A stretch of 64,000 bases of DNA from a virus (IMGVR_UViG_3300025251_000012:1-64000); one strand, 5' to 3'. Numbered from the stretch's first letter, positions 46,838-55,987 are shown. Translations and numbers: made by a program. The notes: generated by a model not told the origin, from the letters alone.

Positions 46838-47335
46838 ATGGCGACTACGATTACCCCGGCGGCTTTGACCGTCACTATTAAAGAGAGCATTACACTTAAT
46901 GGTCTCCAACGAGGCAACGAGCAGAAGCTTACCATTACTGGTGTTTCGGCGTTTGATAGCCGGATTCTTACGGTTACTTCAGGTACTCATAAAAAACTCG
47001 CTTCTTTTGGAAGCGGTACAGAAAGTGCTGGTAACTACGACTCCACAGCGGTTGTTTATGTACGCGTTACCAATTTGGATGCCGTAAATAGTGTAGACCT
47101 TATTTTGGAAGAGGCGGACGCCGAGGGCATTGTCGGGAATACTTCCCCAAGTGCCGCCTACTTTGTATTGGGTCCGGGCAAGTCTTTTTTGGTTGGCACA
47201 GCTTCTTTAAACACAGAAGCCGGGTTTGGCGCTGGTGCGCCTCCTAGTAGTATAGCTACGGCACCAACACTTTCTGGTATTTACGCGCAGTCTGACGCTA
47301 ACGTGGATCTGGAACTGGTTATAGCCAGTACATAG
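46838..47335 (+). CDS. Small beta-rich structural protein
   Basis: AGGAGG RBS; MATTITPAALTVTIKESITLNG N-terminus resembles marine-phage virion proteins. Confidence 0.6.
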   Translation: MATTITPAALTVTIKESITLNGLQRGNEQKLTITGVSAFDSRILTVTSGTHKKLASFGSGTESAGNYDSTAVVYVRVTNLDAVNSVDLILEEADAEGIVGNTSPSAAYFVLGPGKSFLVGTASLNTEAGFGAGAPPSSIATAPTLSGIYAQSDANVDLELVIAST

Positions 47336-47343
47336 AGCCTAGT

Positions 47344-47703
47344 ATGTTTAAAAAGTTAAAACCTAAGTTCTTTTGGGGCAGCCGCGTTCCTGGGTGGCTT
47401 GGAAAAATACTACCCTTTAAGCCAGACGCGGTTAGCTTCTTATGCTTTGTTTGGGTTAGATATCCGCACAAAGATAGGCGCTTACAGGATCACGAAACGA
47501 TCCATTTTCAGCAACAATTAGAGTTGTTATTTGTTCTACAGTGGTTGTTGTACAGTCTTTTCTATCTAAAAAGACTGTACGACTACAGGAATGTTTACCA
47601 AGCATATTTGCAAAATCCTTTTGAAAGGGAAGCCTATTCAAATGAAGGAAATAGACAATATCTAGAGCACCGCCCTAGGTTTGCGTGGTATAAATATATT
47701 TGA
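47344..47703 (+). CDS. Small zincin-like protein (HExxH)
   Basis: HETIHFQQQLE and NPFEREAY motifs with a hydrophobic segment between them. Confidence 0.65.
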   Translation: MFKKLKPKFFWGSRVPGWLGKILPFKPDAVSFLCFVWVRYPHKDRRLQDHETIHFQQQLELLFVLQWLLYSLFYLKRLYDYRNVYQAYLQNPFEREAYSNEGNRQYLEHRPRFAWYKYI

Positions 47704-47762
47704 TGCTAGAAGTATAGACTAAAAGGTGTTGGTACAGTAATCTGGATGCGCCGAGGGGAATT

Positions 47763-48122
47763 ATGCTAGAACGCTTTAAACAAAACACATACGCTGTAGG
47801 GCACCAGTCCTCATCGAACGTTTGGACTATTACCGCTCAAAATTTAGGTTACGACCCTACCGGGTCTTTTTCTGAACACCAAGTTCAAGTAGCAGGCATC
47901 GACGGCCCGGGTGCTGATGAAGCTGGCCTTTGGAAAGTCGAAACTCGCCCCGATCATGGCACAAGCACTGTTCTTACAGAACAAGCTATAAATATGGGCA
48001 CAGAAGACACGGTACTTTTTGACGCTTTGTTCGCAAAAACCATTGTAGTTACGGTAGCCCCGCATTCTAATCACACGTCTGGGGATGTCAGGCTTGTTAT
48101 TACCAGCCGTAGGAGACGCTAG
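47763..48122 (+). CDS. Hypothetical beta-rich protein
   Basis: 119 aa, GAGGGG RBS, adjacent to the next gene. Confidence 0.6.
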   Translation: MLERFKQNTYAVGHQSSSNVWTITAQNLGYDPTGSFSEHQVQVAGIDGPGADEAGLWKVETRPDHGTSTVLTEQAINMGTEDTVLFDALFAKTIVVTVAPHSNHTSGDVRLVITSRRRR

Positions 48123-49961
48123 ATGAGTACTTTTAAAGACGGCCAATTAATTTCTCGAATTATCGGCACTGGCGAACTCGGTGTTGGCCGCACCATTGAC
48201 GGTGTTGACATTTCTGCCCATGCTAATGCGACAAATAACCCTCATTCGGTCACTGCGGACCAAGCAAGTACGTCTACTATTAAGCTGGACTCCACTGGTA
48301 CGGGTAAAATCGGGGTAGGGACTACTAGCCCTGTTCAAGCGCTCCATCTTAAAGGCAGTAACGCTTTTATTAAGCTCGAAGGCTCGGACGCGGCTAACGT
48401 CGAGTGGACCGTAGGCGTCGAAGGCGAAGACAATTTTATTATTCGCGACGACACGGGCGATAACAAGCGGCTTGTCATTGATAGTTCCGGTAACGTCGGA
48501 ATTGGCACCAGCACCCCGGGCGCTAAACTGTCCATTCCTTGTCCTAGTGGTACCGTCCTTGAGTTTGGTGCCGCACAAAACCAAATTATGAAAGTTGTGG
48601 GTGTTTCGGGCACAGACACGGCCGGTAAAACACTATCCATTGCGGCGGGTGCGGGTACAGGTACTGGCGTTAGTGGGAATTTGATTTTTTATGTTGCTAA
48701 TGCGGCCACAAGTACTGGAACAAGTGTCAACGGGCTCACAACGGCTTTGACCCTAACCGCGCAAAGCGCTGCTGCTGTTAGTGCAGGCCAAACCGGCCCG
48801 ACAGCCACGTTTGCCGGTAACATCGAGTTGGGCGACCAACAAAGTATTCTGTTCGGTTCCGCAACGACAAGTGGGCAGAACAACGGCGATGTGGGTCTCA
48901 GTTGGAGCACGGATGGCACCCACGCTCTACAGTTCAATTTTACAGGCGCTGACGAAGACGACTCAGGTGCTGGTGGTATTCGGATTGGCAGCGGGGCAAA
49001 CCCGAAAGAGCAAATTGGTGCTTGCTTTGATGCCCAGATTCGACGGGGGCACGCGACAACCGCGTGTTCGGGTTTCAAAGCTACTATGGATAACTCGTCT
49101 GGAGCACACGCGGCCGGTGCTGGCGCGGTCATGTTTGGTTTTCAGGCGGCAATGACGTGCGATGGCTCAGACAACGCAGGCTCTAACTATATCGGGTTTG
49201 ATGTTGGAATTGATGGTCTAGACAGTAACGGATCGCCACCTCAATTCACTGGGTACAACGTAACGCATGCGTCCGGTAAAGTGTTGGATACAGCTTTTGG
49301 GATTGGTGATAATGCTGGGAACTCTTATTTCCGCATTGCACATACCGGAGATTCGGGCGCGGGTGCGGGCGACGGAACGATTAACAACGTAGCTGGTTCG
49401 CTTCAGATTCAATCCGCAGAAGACATTATCTTCAAAAGCAACAGCGTTGAATGTGGGCGTGTACATGATGTGACCGGCCCGCCTGCAAATTCATCGGCAA
49501 CAGCCGGGGGGCTTGGATTCCGTAGACGCGTTTTGACAATTGATGCGGGAGGCGGCAACGCGTCAGTAACGCTAACAGCAGCGGATTCAGGTTCAATGGT
49601 GGTTTGCGCTCCGGGGTCAAACTGGATTGCGATTACACTACCCGCTATTACGGCAGGCCTTGAGGGTGTTTTCTTTGAGTTTGTTCTCGCGGAAGGCGAT
49701 ACCGTTCAAACCGGCAAATACGTTTCGATTGAGTGTGCTGGTGCTGACGGCAATGACGATCTTATGGGACAATTGACCTTAATTGATCGAAGTTCAGGCG
49801 CACCCGTAACCATTAGCGATATTGACGGCGATAAATTCATATGGCCCGAAGATGTCGAGGGCGGATCTTCCGCTAAGTTTACGGCGGTAGCAGGCGGGGC
49901 CAACGAGTCATGGCTCGTACAAGCGACTCAGAGCGGTGCGCAAGCAACGATTACTGACTAG
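48123..49961 (+). CDS. Tail fibre-like protein
   Basis: TIDGVDISAH, GKIGVGTTSP and GNVGIGTSTP beta-fibre repeats; C-terminal LTAADSG......ITLPA domain. Confidence 0.7.
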   Translation: MSTFKDGQLISRIIGTGELGVGRTIDGVDISAHANATNNPHSVTADQASTSTIKLDSTGTGKIGVGTTSPVQALHLKGSNAFIKLEGSDAANVEWTVGVEGEDNFIIRDDTGDNKRLVIDSSGNVGIGTSTPGAKLSIPCPSGTVLEFGAAQNQIMKVVGVSGTDTAGKTLSIAAGAGTGTGVSGNLIFYVANAATSTGTSVNGLTTALTLTAQSAAAVSAGQTGPTATFAGNIELGDQQSILFGSATTSGQNNGDVGLSWSTDGTHALQFNFTGADEDDSGAGGIRIGSGANPKEQIGACFDAQIRRGHATTACSGFKATMDNSSGAHAAGAGAVMFGFQAAMTCDGSDNAGSNYIGFDVGIDGLDSNGSPPQFTGYNVTHASGKVLDTAFGIGDNAGNSYFRIAHTGDSGAGAGDGTINNVAGSLQIQSAEDIIFKSNSVECGRVHDVTGPPANSSATAGGLGFRRRVLTIDAGGGNASVTLTAADSGSMVVCAPGSNWIAITLPAITAGLEGVFFEFVLAEGDTVQTGKYVSIECAGADGNDDLMGQLTLIDRSSGAPVTISDIDGDKFIWPEDVEGGSSAKFTAVAGGANESWLVQATQSGAQATITD

Positions 49962-50137
49962 CCCTGTCTATAGGGGTCTTTACCCCGCGCCCGTAATAAA
50001 GCCCTACACAAAAGCTTTATAATGTGTGTCCGATCATCGTAAATATTCAGTTCTAGGCGCGAAGCTTTCCTAAGTAAATCCCTAACCTTTCTGTCAGTAA
50101 GGTCGGACTCTTTTAATGGTTTTTTTGGGGCAGGCAT
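49958..50137 (-). CDS. Small basic protein (59 aa, not in the ORF track)
   Basis: MPAPKKPLKESDLTDRKVRDLLRKASRLELNIYDDRTHIIKLLCRALLRARGKDPYRQG; stop shares CTAG with the convergent fibre gene. Confidence 0.5.
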   Translation of the reverse strand: MPAPKKPLKESDLTDRKVRDLLRKASRLELNIYDDRTHIIKLLCRALLRARGKDPYRQG

Positions 50138-50322
50138 TAGTTTGAACTGTTTAAAATTGGCTTGGTGTGACCACGCGAATCGGCGCTATTTTGCGCGCGA
50201 CTTCGCGCGGCCCTAAAATCGCTCTTGTAACTCATTGTAATAATTACCAAATAATAAACGTTCAAAATGCTCATTTTTGAGCATTTAAAAACAATGGTTT
50301 AAAAAGTTCTAACCTTTAGAAA

Positions 50323-50490
50323 TTATTTTCTAGTGGAGGCCAGAAACGCGGTGACCTCATCTTCTATTTTCATAAGGATAAAACGCGGATTCTCTTTGTT
50401 GCGACGGTCGCAAAGACCTTGTACTCGCAGTAATAGCGCCCGGGCACGCTTGTACTCGTTGTCCATTAGAGCCTTGAATATATCAGACAT
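50323..50490 (-). CDS. Small helical protein (55 aa, not in the ORF track)
   Basis: MSDIFKALMDNEYKRARALLLRVQGLCDRRNKENPRFILMKIEDEVTAFLASTRK; TAATG coupling to the upstream gene. Confidence 0.55.
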   Translation of the reverse strand: MSDIFKALMDNEYKRARALLLRVQGLCDRRNKENPRFILMKIEDEVTAFLASTRK

Positions 50491-51827
50491 TAAAACCACT
50501 CGTATCCGGTGCCTTTTCGTATCTCTGCAATACGGCTATCACCACGATAAACTGCCCCACCAATTACACAGCGCCCATCTTTAATTGGTATCACTTCGCA
50601 CAAAGCGGTGGGTTTTCTTGAGGCAGTTGCCGGTAGTAGATTAATTATGCCAAGCCCTTGCTGCCAATTGCTGCGGTGCGTGGACCCAGGAATAACCCCA
50701 TCTAGTCTACAGAGGCATCCAGGAGACATTGCGAACAATGTTTCTTGCCCATCGGCCTTTGTGATGGTTTTTGAGCAAAGCTCAAGTCGGTGAATATGGC
50801 CGAACACGACAGATGAGTTGGCTTCCTTTATAAGGCTGGCTGTAGTAGCACCACTCCCAGACCTAACCCTATCGCCATGGTAAACCCTAACCTTGTCCCA
50901 AAGCCAAAGCTCCGCCGCCGGGTACCCCTCTAAGTACTCAATGTCTAAACTATCTAGAGCTAATAACCTTTTAACAGAGAGCGCAGCCGGTCCACCTGGG
51001 TCATTCACGGGCCTTAGATCTACAGCTTCTGATAGTTGCCCAATTAGCTGTTTCTGTAAGCGCTTTTCGTGGTTGCCCTCTAGGTAATATATTTTAGCTG
51101 TTGGGGCGGCCAACCGAAGTTGCGCGCACCACCAATGCAGTTCTAGAAGTGTCGGCATAGTGGTAAAGGCAAGGTTGGGTTCTGTTAGGTAAGTACCAAA
51201 GGGGCCTAAATCCAGCATGTCCCCCAATAAAACTATGATTTCTGGCTGAAGCGTTTGCGCGGCTTGTATGGCTATGTCCCAAGCGAGGCGGTCATGCAGG
51301 GGCTTGTGCTCGTTTGTTTTCCTTTCTATGCGGTACCCGTTCTGTGAATCTGGGATTATAAGCGCACGTAGCAGCCCTTGAGCATTTCCCCTGCCGGGGC
51401 GTCGGCTGATGTTTTTGACTGGCTCTAGGACAAACCGGGCAAAGTCTGGGATACGCTCTAAGTAGGCTTTGACTTGCCACATGGCGACGGTATCGCCGCC
51501 CTTAGTCATGGCGTCCCATTTGTTTGCCGTCCATTTAGACACCCGCCATTCGTTAGTGTCTATTTGAGCTTCTTTTAGAAGGCCATAGAGAGTTTTAACT
51601 CTGCCTTTAGCATTTAGTACAAGGCTTTCGCCGTCGCGCTCTATTGCAATACTATCTGGAACGGCGGCCGGTTTTATATCCCCAAGATCGACTTTGTTAC
51701 GTTTAAGAACCCTATAAATACGGGTTCTATTCGTACCAAGCTTCTTAGCGATTTGTGTTATCGGAACACCCGTCTGTATTAGGGGTGTTATCTTGTCTAG
51801 TAACTCTACATCTTTAGATGACGGCAT
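50490..51827 (-). CDS. HTH-fused calcineurin-like metallophosphoesterase
   Basis: N-terminal PITQIAKKLGTNRTRIYRVL (HTH); IIPDSQ, LGDMLD, YLEGNHE, YHG, FGHIHR; start reassigned to ATG 51827. Confidence 0.85.
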   Translation of the reverse strand: MPSSKDVELLDKITPLIQTGVPITQIAKKLGTNRTRIYRVLKRNKVDLGDIKPAAVPDSIAIERDGESLVLNAKGRVKTLYGLLKEAQIDTNEWRVSKWTANKWDAMTKGGDTVAMWQVKAYLERIPDFARFVLEPVKNISRRPGRGNAQGLLRALIIPDSQNGYRIERKTNEHKPLHDRLAWDIAIQAAQTLQPEIIVLLGDMLDLGPFGTYLTEPNLAFTTMPTLLELHWWCAQLRLAAPTAKIYYLEGNHEKRLQKQLIGQLSEAVDLRPVNDPGGPAALSVKRLLALDSLDIEYLEGYPAAELWLWDKVRVYHGDRVRSGSGATTASLIKEANSSVVFGHIHRLELCSKTITKADGQETLFAMSPGCLCRLDGVIPGSTHRSNWQQGLGIINLLPATASRKPTALCEVIPIKDGRCVIGGAVYRGDSRIAEIRKGTGYEWF

Positions 51828-51885
51828 AGACGCTCCTAGCGCAGTTGGCGCTATCATCTAACGATACGGTAATTTTTTGGAGTAC

Positions 51886-52170
51886 TTAGGCCACAATGAT
51901 GGCAGCGGCGGTTATGATAAACCACGTTTTTAACGCCGCAGTAACTTCGGGGTATCCAAGGGCGGAAACGACTAATGAAATGGCGTAAAGGCACCACACA
52001 ATCCCAGTTAGGTACCCAGCCGTCTTTAGTAACTTATTACCTAGAACATCTATAGATTCCGCTCTCGTTAGTACTATATGCCGTGCATCTTCGTCCTGGA
52101 TGTTCATGCCCCGGGCATACATTTTTGCTGCGATAATAAGCATTAATATAGCGATCATTATTGCACCCAT
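51886..52170 (-). CDS. Small membrane protein
   Basis: About three hydrophobic segments; start reassigned to ATG 52170. Confidence 0.55.
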   Translation of the reverse strand: MGAIMIAILMLIIAAKMYARGMNIQDEDARHIVLTRAESIDVLGNKLLKTAGYLTGIVWCLYAISLVVSALGYPEVTAALKTWFIITAAAIIVA

Positions 52171-52373
52171 TCGGATGTCGGAGCTATGGCGAAACCGCCG
52201 CAAAGCCAGGTTTCCGCCCGGGTATATGCGTCTTGAATTTCTATTGCTGGCGTGTCGTCACCATATTTCTCTAGTAGCATTTGCATGCCAAGGGGACTAA
52301 ACATCGCGCTGATTGCATCATCAATAGAAATAAGCGGGTTTGACAACGGCTCTTGTTGACAAGGTTTTTCCAT
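52158..52373 (-). CDS. Hypothetical protein
   Basis: MEKPCQQEPL... ORF fills the gap between co-oriented genes. Confidence 0.5.
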   Translation of the reverse strand: MEKPCQQEPLSNPLISIDDAISAMFSPLGMQMLLEKYGDDTPAIEIQDAYTRAETWLCGGFAIAPTSEWVQ

Positions 52374-52389
52374 CCAACCCCCAGAAAAG

Positions 52390-52815
52390 TTAGGACTTCG
52401 CATCGTCCGACGCTTCGGCTTCGGCTTCAGCTTCATTGGAGGCTTTTGCGACGGCAATGTCCATAACTTGGGGATCTTCGGACAGCTTTTTTAGGAACCC
52501 CTGAAACTCTTCCACCCATTCACGTCTGTTCATAGCCCAGACACAGAAGGATACAAGAAATCCACCCAGGTTAAGGTCAGCGTGGTTATCCGGCCCAAGA
52601 TGCAGGACATACTCACCATTTTCTCGAAACAATAGGAAAGACTCCGCAGAATTTACGTCTAGTGTTGGCGGCGCGTCACTAGAAGCGGCGCTTTCGCCAG
52701 GAGAAGCGGGCACAGCATCCTCTAGTAGTGCCTGCTCTAAGTAACTAGGTTGTTCGTGAGCAGCCTGTCCCACTGGATTTCCATTAACATCTACTAAATC
52801 GCTTTTAGCGGCCAT
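52390..52815 (-). CDS. Acidic hypothetical protein
   Basis: 141 aa, GGAG RBS. Confidence 0.65.
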   Translation of the reverse strand: MAAKSDLVDVNGNPVGQAAHEQPSYLEQALLEDAVPASPGESAASSDAPPTLDVNSAESFLLFRENGEYVLHLGPDNHADLNLGGFLVSFCVWAMNRREWVEEFQGFLKKLSEDPQVMDIAVAKASNEAEAEAEASDDAKS

Positions 52816-52819
52816 AACA

Positions 52820-53317
52820 TTACTCCTTTTCCGGTGACCACGCTTTAATTACGGGCCGTCTTTTGTCTTCGCTAAACACCAGTACGCAAGAAGGCGCTGG
52901 TGAGGCGTTGGTTGTTTTCAAATCTCCGCGCATGAAATGGATTCTACCTTTAATCATTCTTATTTCTGAGGCCTTTAGTGCCCAATCGTGCCACCATTTC
53001 GTATCCGACCTTACATAAGTTAGAACTATTACGGTACAACCTTTAAGGGATTCCTTGTAGGCCTTTTCAATCCACTTACCAATGCCGCGCCCGTATGGGG
53101 GGTTTACCCACACAATGTTTGCAGCGGCTGACCAGTCTTTAAGAAGTGCATTATCCTTCTTAGTAAAGTACGCGTCACACTTTGCAGAGTCTTCTGTAGC
53201 ACAGGCATCTAGCTCAAATTCAAACTCATCGTCTAACGGATCAAATATATATGAAGGCGTGTACCATTCATTGCTATTGGATGAGTAAAGTTGTTCGGCG
53301 TTCCAGGGCGATGTCAT
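52820..53317 (-). CDS. Phage N6-adenine DNA methyltransferase (Dam_phage type)
   Basis: EWYTP, FELDACA, WVNPPYG, WIEKAY.E, TKWWH, IKGRIHF, SPAPS motifs. Confidence 0.9.
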   Translation of the reverse strand: MTSPWNAEQLYSSNSNEWYTPSYIFDPLDDEFEFELDACATEDSAKCDAYFTKKDNALLKDWSAAANIVWVNPPYGRGIGKWIEKAYKESLKGCTVIVLTYVRSDTKWWHDWALKASEIRMIKGRIHFMRGDLKTTNASPAPSCVLVFSEDKRRPVIKAWSPEKE

Positions 53318-53676
53318 GGGCGTTGTTGCTGTGCGCGGTCAAACGGCGGCATTTTTTTACGCAGTCGTCGTGGGCGCTTAATCTTTAGTGGGTCATCATC
53401 ACCGCTAGTAGGTGCAGTGACCTTTGATGTTTTAATTCGACGTAGGCACTGCCTAAGTATTTTGCGCTCAATATCATCTAGGTGTGTTTCCATAGCGTCT
53501 AAGTCGTCAACCAGGGTATCAAAATTCTGCTTAGTGACTTCATAGGTAGCTTCTGCGACGGGCTCGGCGGGGCTCATTCGGTTTATAAATGCCGTAGTGA
53601 CGCCAGCTATACCAGTTATAAGCGCTATAAGCACCGCTATAGTTTCCTTCTTTAGCATTTGCCATCCTCTTTGCAC
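53314..53676 (-). CDS. N-terminally anchored coiled-coil membrane protein
   Basis: TM IAVLIALITGIAGVTTAFI then heptads; basic C-terminus. Confidence 0.6.
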   Translation of the reverse strand: MQRGWQMLKKETIAVLIALITGIAGVTTAFINRMSPAEPVAEATYEVTKQNFDTLVDDLDAMETHLDDIERKILRQCLRRIKTSKVTAPTSGDDDPLKIKRPRRLRKKMPPFDRAQQQRP

Positions 53677-53885
53677 GGTGGTTCAAAGACTTCTTTCCAG
53701 GGGCCGTATAGATTGTTCTCATTAACAGGGACGAAGACACAGCATTGAGGGCAGCGTTCACAACTAGAGTCTATAAAGTTGTCCCGCCATTCTCGCTGGT
53801 TAGCGGCCTCTGGCGGCGCAGCGCAGCACACAATGATAAAAGCCGCAGCGACTATGACTAAGATACTATTCATCACCAGCGTCAT
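53652..53885 (-). CDS. Small Cys-rich putative lipoprotein
   Basis: Hydrophobic N-terminus ending IVCC; CERCPQCC and two further Cys. Confidence 0.5.
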   Translation of the reverse strand: MTLVMNSILVIVAAAFIIVCCAAPPEAANQREWRDNFIDSSCERCPQCCVFVPVNENNLYGPWKEVFEPPCKEDGKC

Positions 53886-54249
53886 CCTTTGGTTGATATG
53901 GGATCGTGTAGTCGAAAGGGCTTATTTTGTCTTTAACAGCAGTTGCCACAGTTTCTAGTGCGTTGACTACGCGGTCTGTAATAGTAGGCGAGGCTTCGGC
54001 GTCTTTTGGCAGATGCTCTAGCGCAGCCCGTATTTCTTTAATGCGTTTCCACATAATGAACGACCAACCGGCAACGTCTAAAAGTTCTTCTTCAATTTCA
54101 TCTAGTAGTACGTCTGGACTTTTAGAGAAGGAGCGGCCCTCATATTCAGCCTCGCCCTTATCAAGGCGCACCACTATTTTGGACATAAAAGCGAGCCAAT
54201 CATCTTTAAAGCCTGGGTCCATCTGAAAGTTGTACCTTGTACTACACAT
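53866..54249 (-). CDS. Putative all-alpha NTP pyrophosphohydrolase (MazG-like)
   Basis: R..KG...Y......EIEEELLDVAGW resembles the ExxE/EExxD metal-binding helices. Confidence 0.5.
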   Translation of the reverse strand: MCSTRYNFQMDPGFKDDWLAFMSKIVVRLDKGEAEYEGRSFSKSPDVLLDEIEEELLDVAGWSFIMWKRIKEIRAALEHLPKDAEASPTITDRVVNALETVATAVKDKISPFDYTIPYQPKDDAGDE

Positions 54250-54254
54250 TTTTG

Positions 54255-55745
54255 CTACTCCATACTTTCCGCGTCATCCAACATATCAGCAGCGGCCGAT
54301 ACGACATAGGTACGCTTTTCTATTTGGTCGTCGCTATCGGGATTAATTTCGGTCATATCGACCCATAGTAATTTAGAGTCCTGCAAATGCAGCGGAATCT
54401 TCGTACCGTCTTCGTATAGGCGGGGGCCTACATGGTATGTGTGCCAGTGCGCTTTTCTAAAATGACCACTAACCGCTTTACCGGTTGTCATAGTATTGCG
54501 GGTGGCGCGTGCTTCGTATGAGTTTCCGACCATAATAATAGAGCACTTCGTGGCTTTTAAAATTTTAGGCCCTAAGCGTTTGGCCCGAGAGAGTTTAGAC
54601 TTTCTGAGCTTCTTTTTGAGGCTTCGTACATGCTTGCTGTTTGTGGCGTTAGACCGCGTGAAATCTGGGTTAGTGCTATTAGCATAAAGAATCAAGTTTA
54701 CCAGGAGCTTAACGCAGTGGTGTAAGGAGGCTTTCATACGAGCATACTGGTACGAGGATGTAGGCGCGTAAGGGATACCAGCGTCGTTCGCCTGATTATC
54801 GTGACTACTCAAAACCCATTCAACATAGTCAGTAATAGCATTAGGGGTTCCCCATTTTATATGTTTAAGGCACAGGGTTAGCTGTGTTGTAGGAACGTCA
54901 GATTCATTAACGGACTTTTCGTTCGGCCTACCAACAATGAGTAAGGACAGGAAGTCGCCGTGTTCTGTGACAAAAAACCCACCAAGCTTATGATATCCAG
55001 TATCTTCGGGCTGGAAAATACCAGTGCCTAAGCGCTTTTCTGGGTCGGTAGTCGGTAGCGCTCCGATTGCTGAATTTCTTCCCGTATCTCCGTGCCCATA
55101 TAAAAGATGCTCGTCGGCCGCGATACTTTGTGTGTCTGGAAGTGCCACATAAAAAGCCCTGTATGGCAGTCTAAAGTATTTTTCTGGGACGTTTGATATG
55201 GGCGTTTCTGAAAGCGCCTTTTCCATAAAGCTATCTATAACAAAGCATTCTTGGCGATAGTGCCTGTACATAAGCAGGGACGTTAAAAGGATTTGCTGTA
55301 CAGGTAGGACTTCGGGGTCGTTCGTTGGTTCAAGTAGTTCGCCTGTTGCAGGATCTCTTCCAAAATCTTTCTCGTACCAAATTCTGAAATTTGTGCACGT
55401 AGCTTCTGAAACCGTTATTTGTATTAGAAAGCGGCCCTTTTCTTTTGAGTCGTGTACGCCGTTTACATACACCAAGCCCTCAAAACCCGGTTTTCCAAAG
55501 CCCGGGCGGACGGCTAATATGGATACAATGTCGCCCAGTGAGGTCCCATCATGTGGGACAGTTCCGAAAGCTTCATCGCCTTCTGGATTCCCGCGAGCCG
55601 CTAATATGGCTTCATAGTAATTATAAAAGTCAGCTTTCATATGGTCCCTCGTTCCAGCGGTAAATATGTGCAGTGTGGGGAAGTTTCCATGACCCCATAG
55701 GGGCATCGCCTTTACAACATGCCGATCAACCGCAGTCTGACGCAT
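54255..55745 (-). CDS. Hypothetical 496 aa early protein
   Basis: GGAGGT RBS; first gene after a consensus promoter; C-terminal HFRKAHWHTYHVGP motif. Confidence 0.75.
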   Translation of the reverse strand: MRQTAVDRHVVKAMPLWGHGNFPTLHIFTAGTRDHMKADFYNYYEAILAARGNPEGDEAFGTVPHDGTSLGDIVSILAVRPGFGKPGFEGLVYVNGVHDSKEKGRFLIQITVSEATCTNFRIWYEKDFGRDPATGELLEPTNDPEVLPVQQILLTSLLMYRHYRQECFVIDSFMEKALSETPISNVPEKYFRLPYRAFYVALPDTQSIAADEHLLYGHGDTGRNSAIGALPTTDPEKRLGTGIFQPEDTGYHKLGGFFVTEHGDFLSLLIVGRPNEKSVNESDVPTTQLTLCLKHIKWGTPNAITDYVEWVLSSHDNQANDAGIPYAPTSSYQYARMKASLHHCVKLLVNLILYANSTNPDFTRSNATNSKHVRSLKKKLRKSKLSRAKRLGPKILKATKCSIIMVGNSYEARATRNTMTTGKAVSGHFRKAHWHTYHVGPRLYEDGTKIPLHLQDSKLLWVDMTEINPDSDDQIEKRTYVVSAAADMLDDAESME

Positions 55746-55903
55746 TTACCTCCGCCCTAACCCACTAACGACCCTACACGGCCGACCCCATGGCTAATGC
55801 CTTTCCGAGGTCCGGTGCCGGAGTTTTCTGGCAACTAAACCAGTTAATTCATCGGGCCATGGCAATACCCGACTATCCGCTAGTTAACGCGGCACATACT
55901 CAC

Positions 55904-55932
55904 ACAATAAGACTACATGCTGTAACTGTCAA
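55904..55932 (-). promoter_or_regulatory. Near-consensus sigma70 promoter (leftward early)
   Basis: On the - strand TTGACA (55932-55927), 17 bp spacer, TATTGT (55909-55904); AT-rich upstream. Confidence 0.75.
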
Positions 55933-55987
55933 ATGGTTATTTATAAATAATCTATAAAAACGCTACTTTTGTAGTGATTCAAAGAAC

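Noticed and set aside
50190-50212. GC-rich hairpin CGCGCGA-CT-TCGCGCG as a terminator
   Set aside because: The loop is only 2 nt and there is no convincing U-tract directly after the stem on either strand
55746-55780. GGUUAGGGC...GUAAAU resembling a pistol ribozyme start
   Set aside because: The P1 stem cannot form, and the segment is explained by the GGAGGU RBS and start codon
55848-55858. GGCCCGAUGAA on the - strand resembles part of the SAM-I riboswitch
   Set aside because: The flanking AUC..AGAG, kink-turn, GCAACC and P1 elements are missing, and there is no sulfur-metabolism gene downstream
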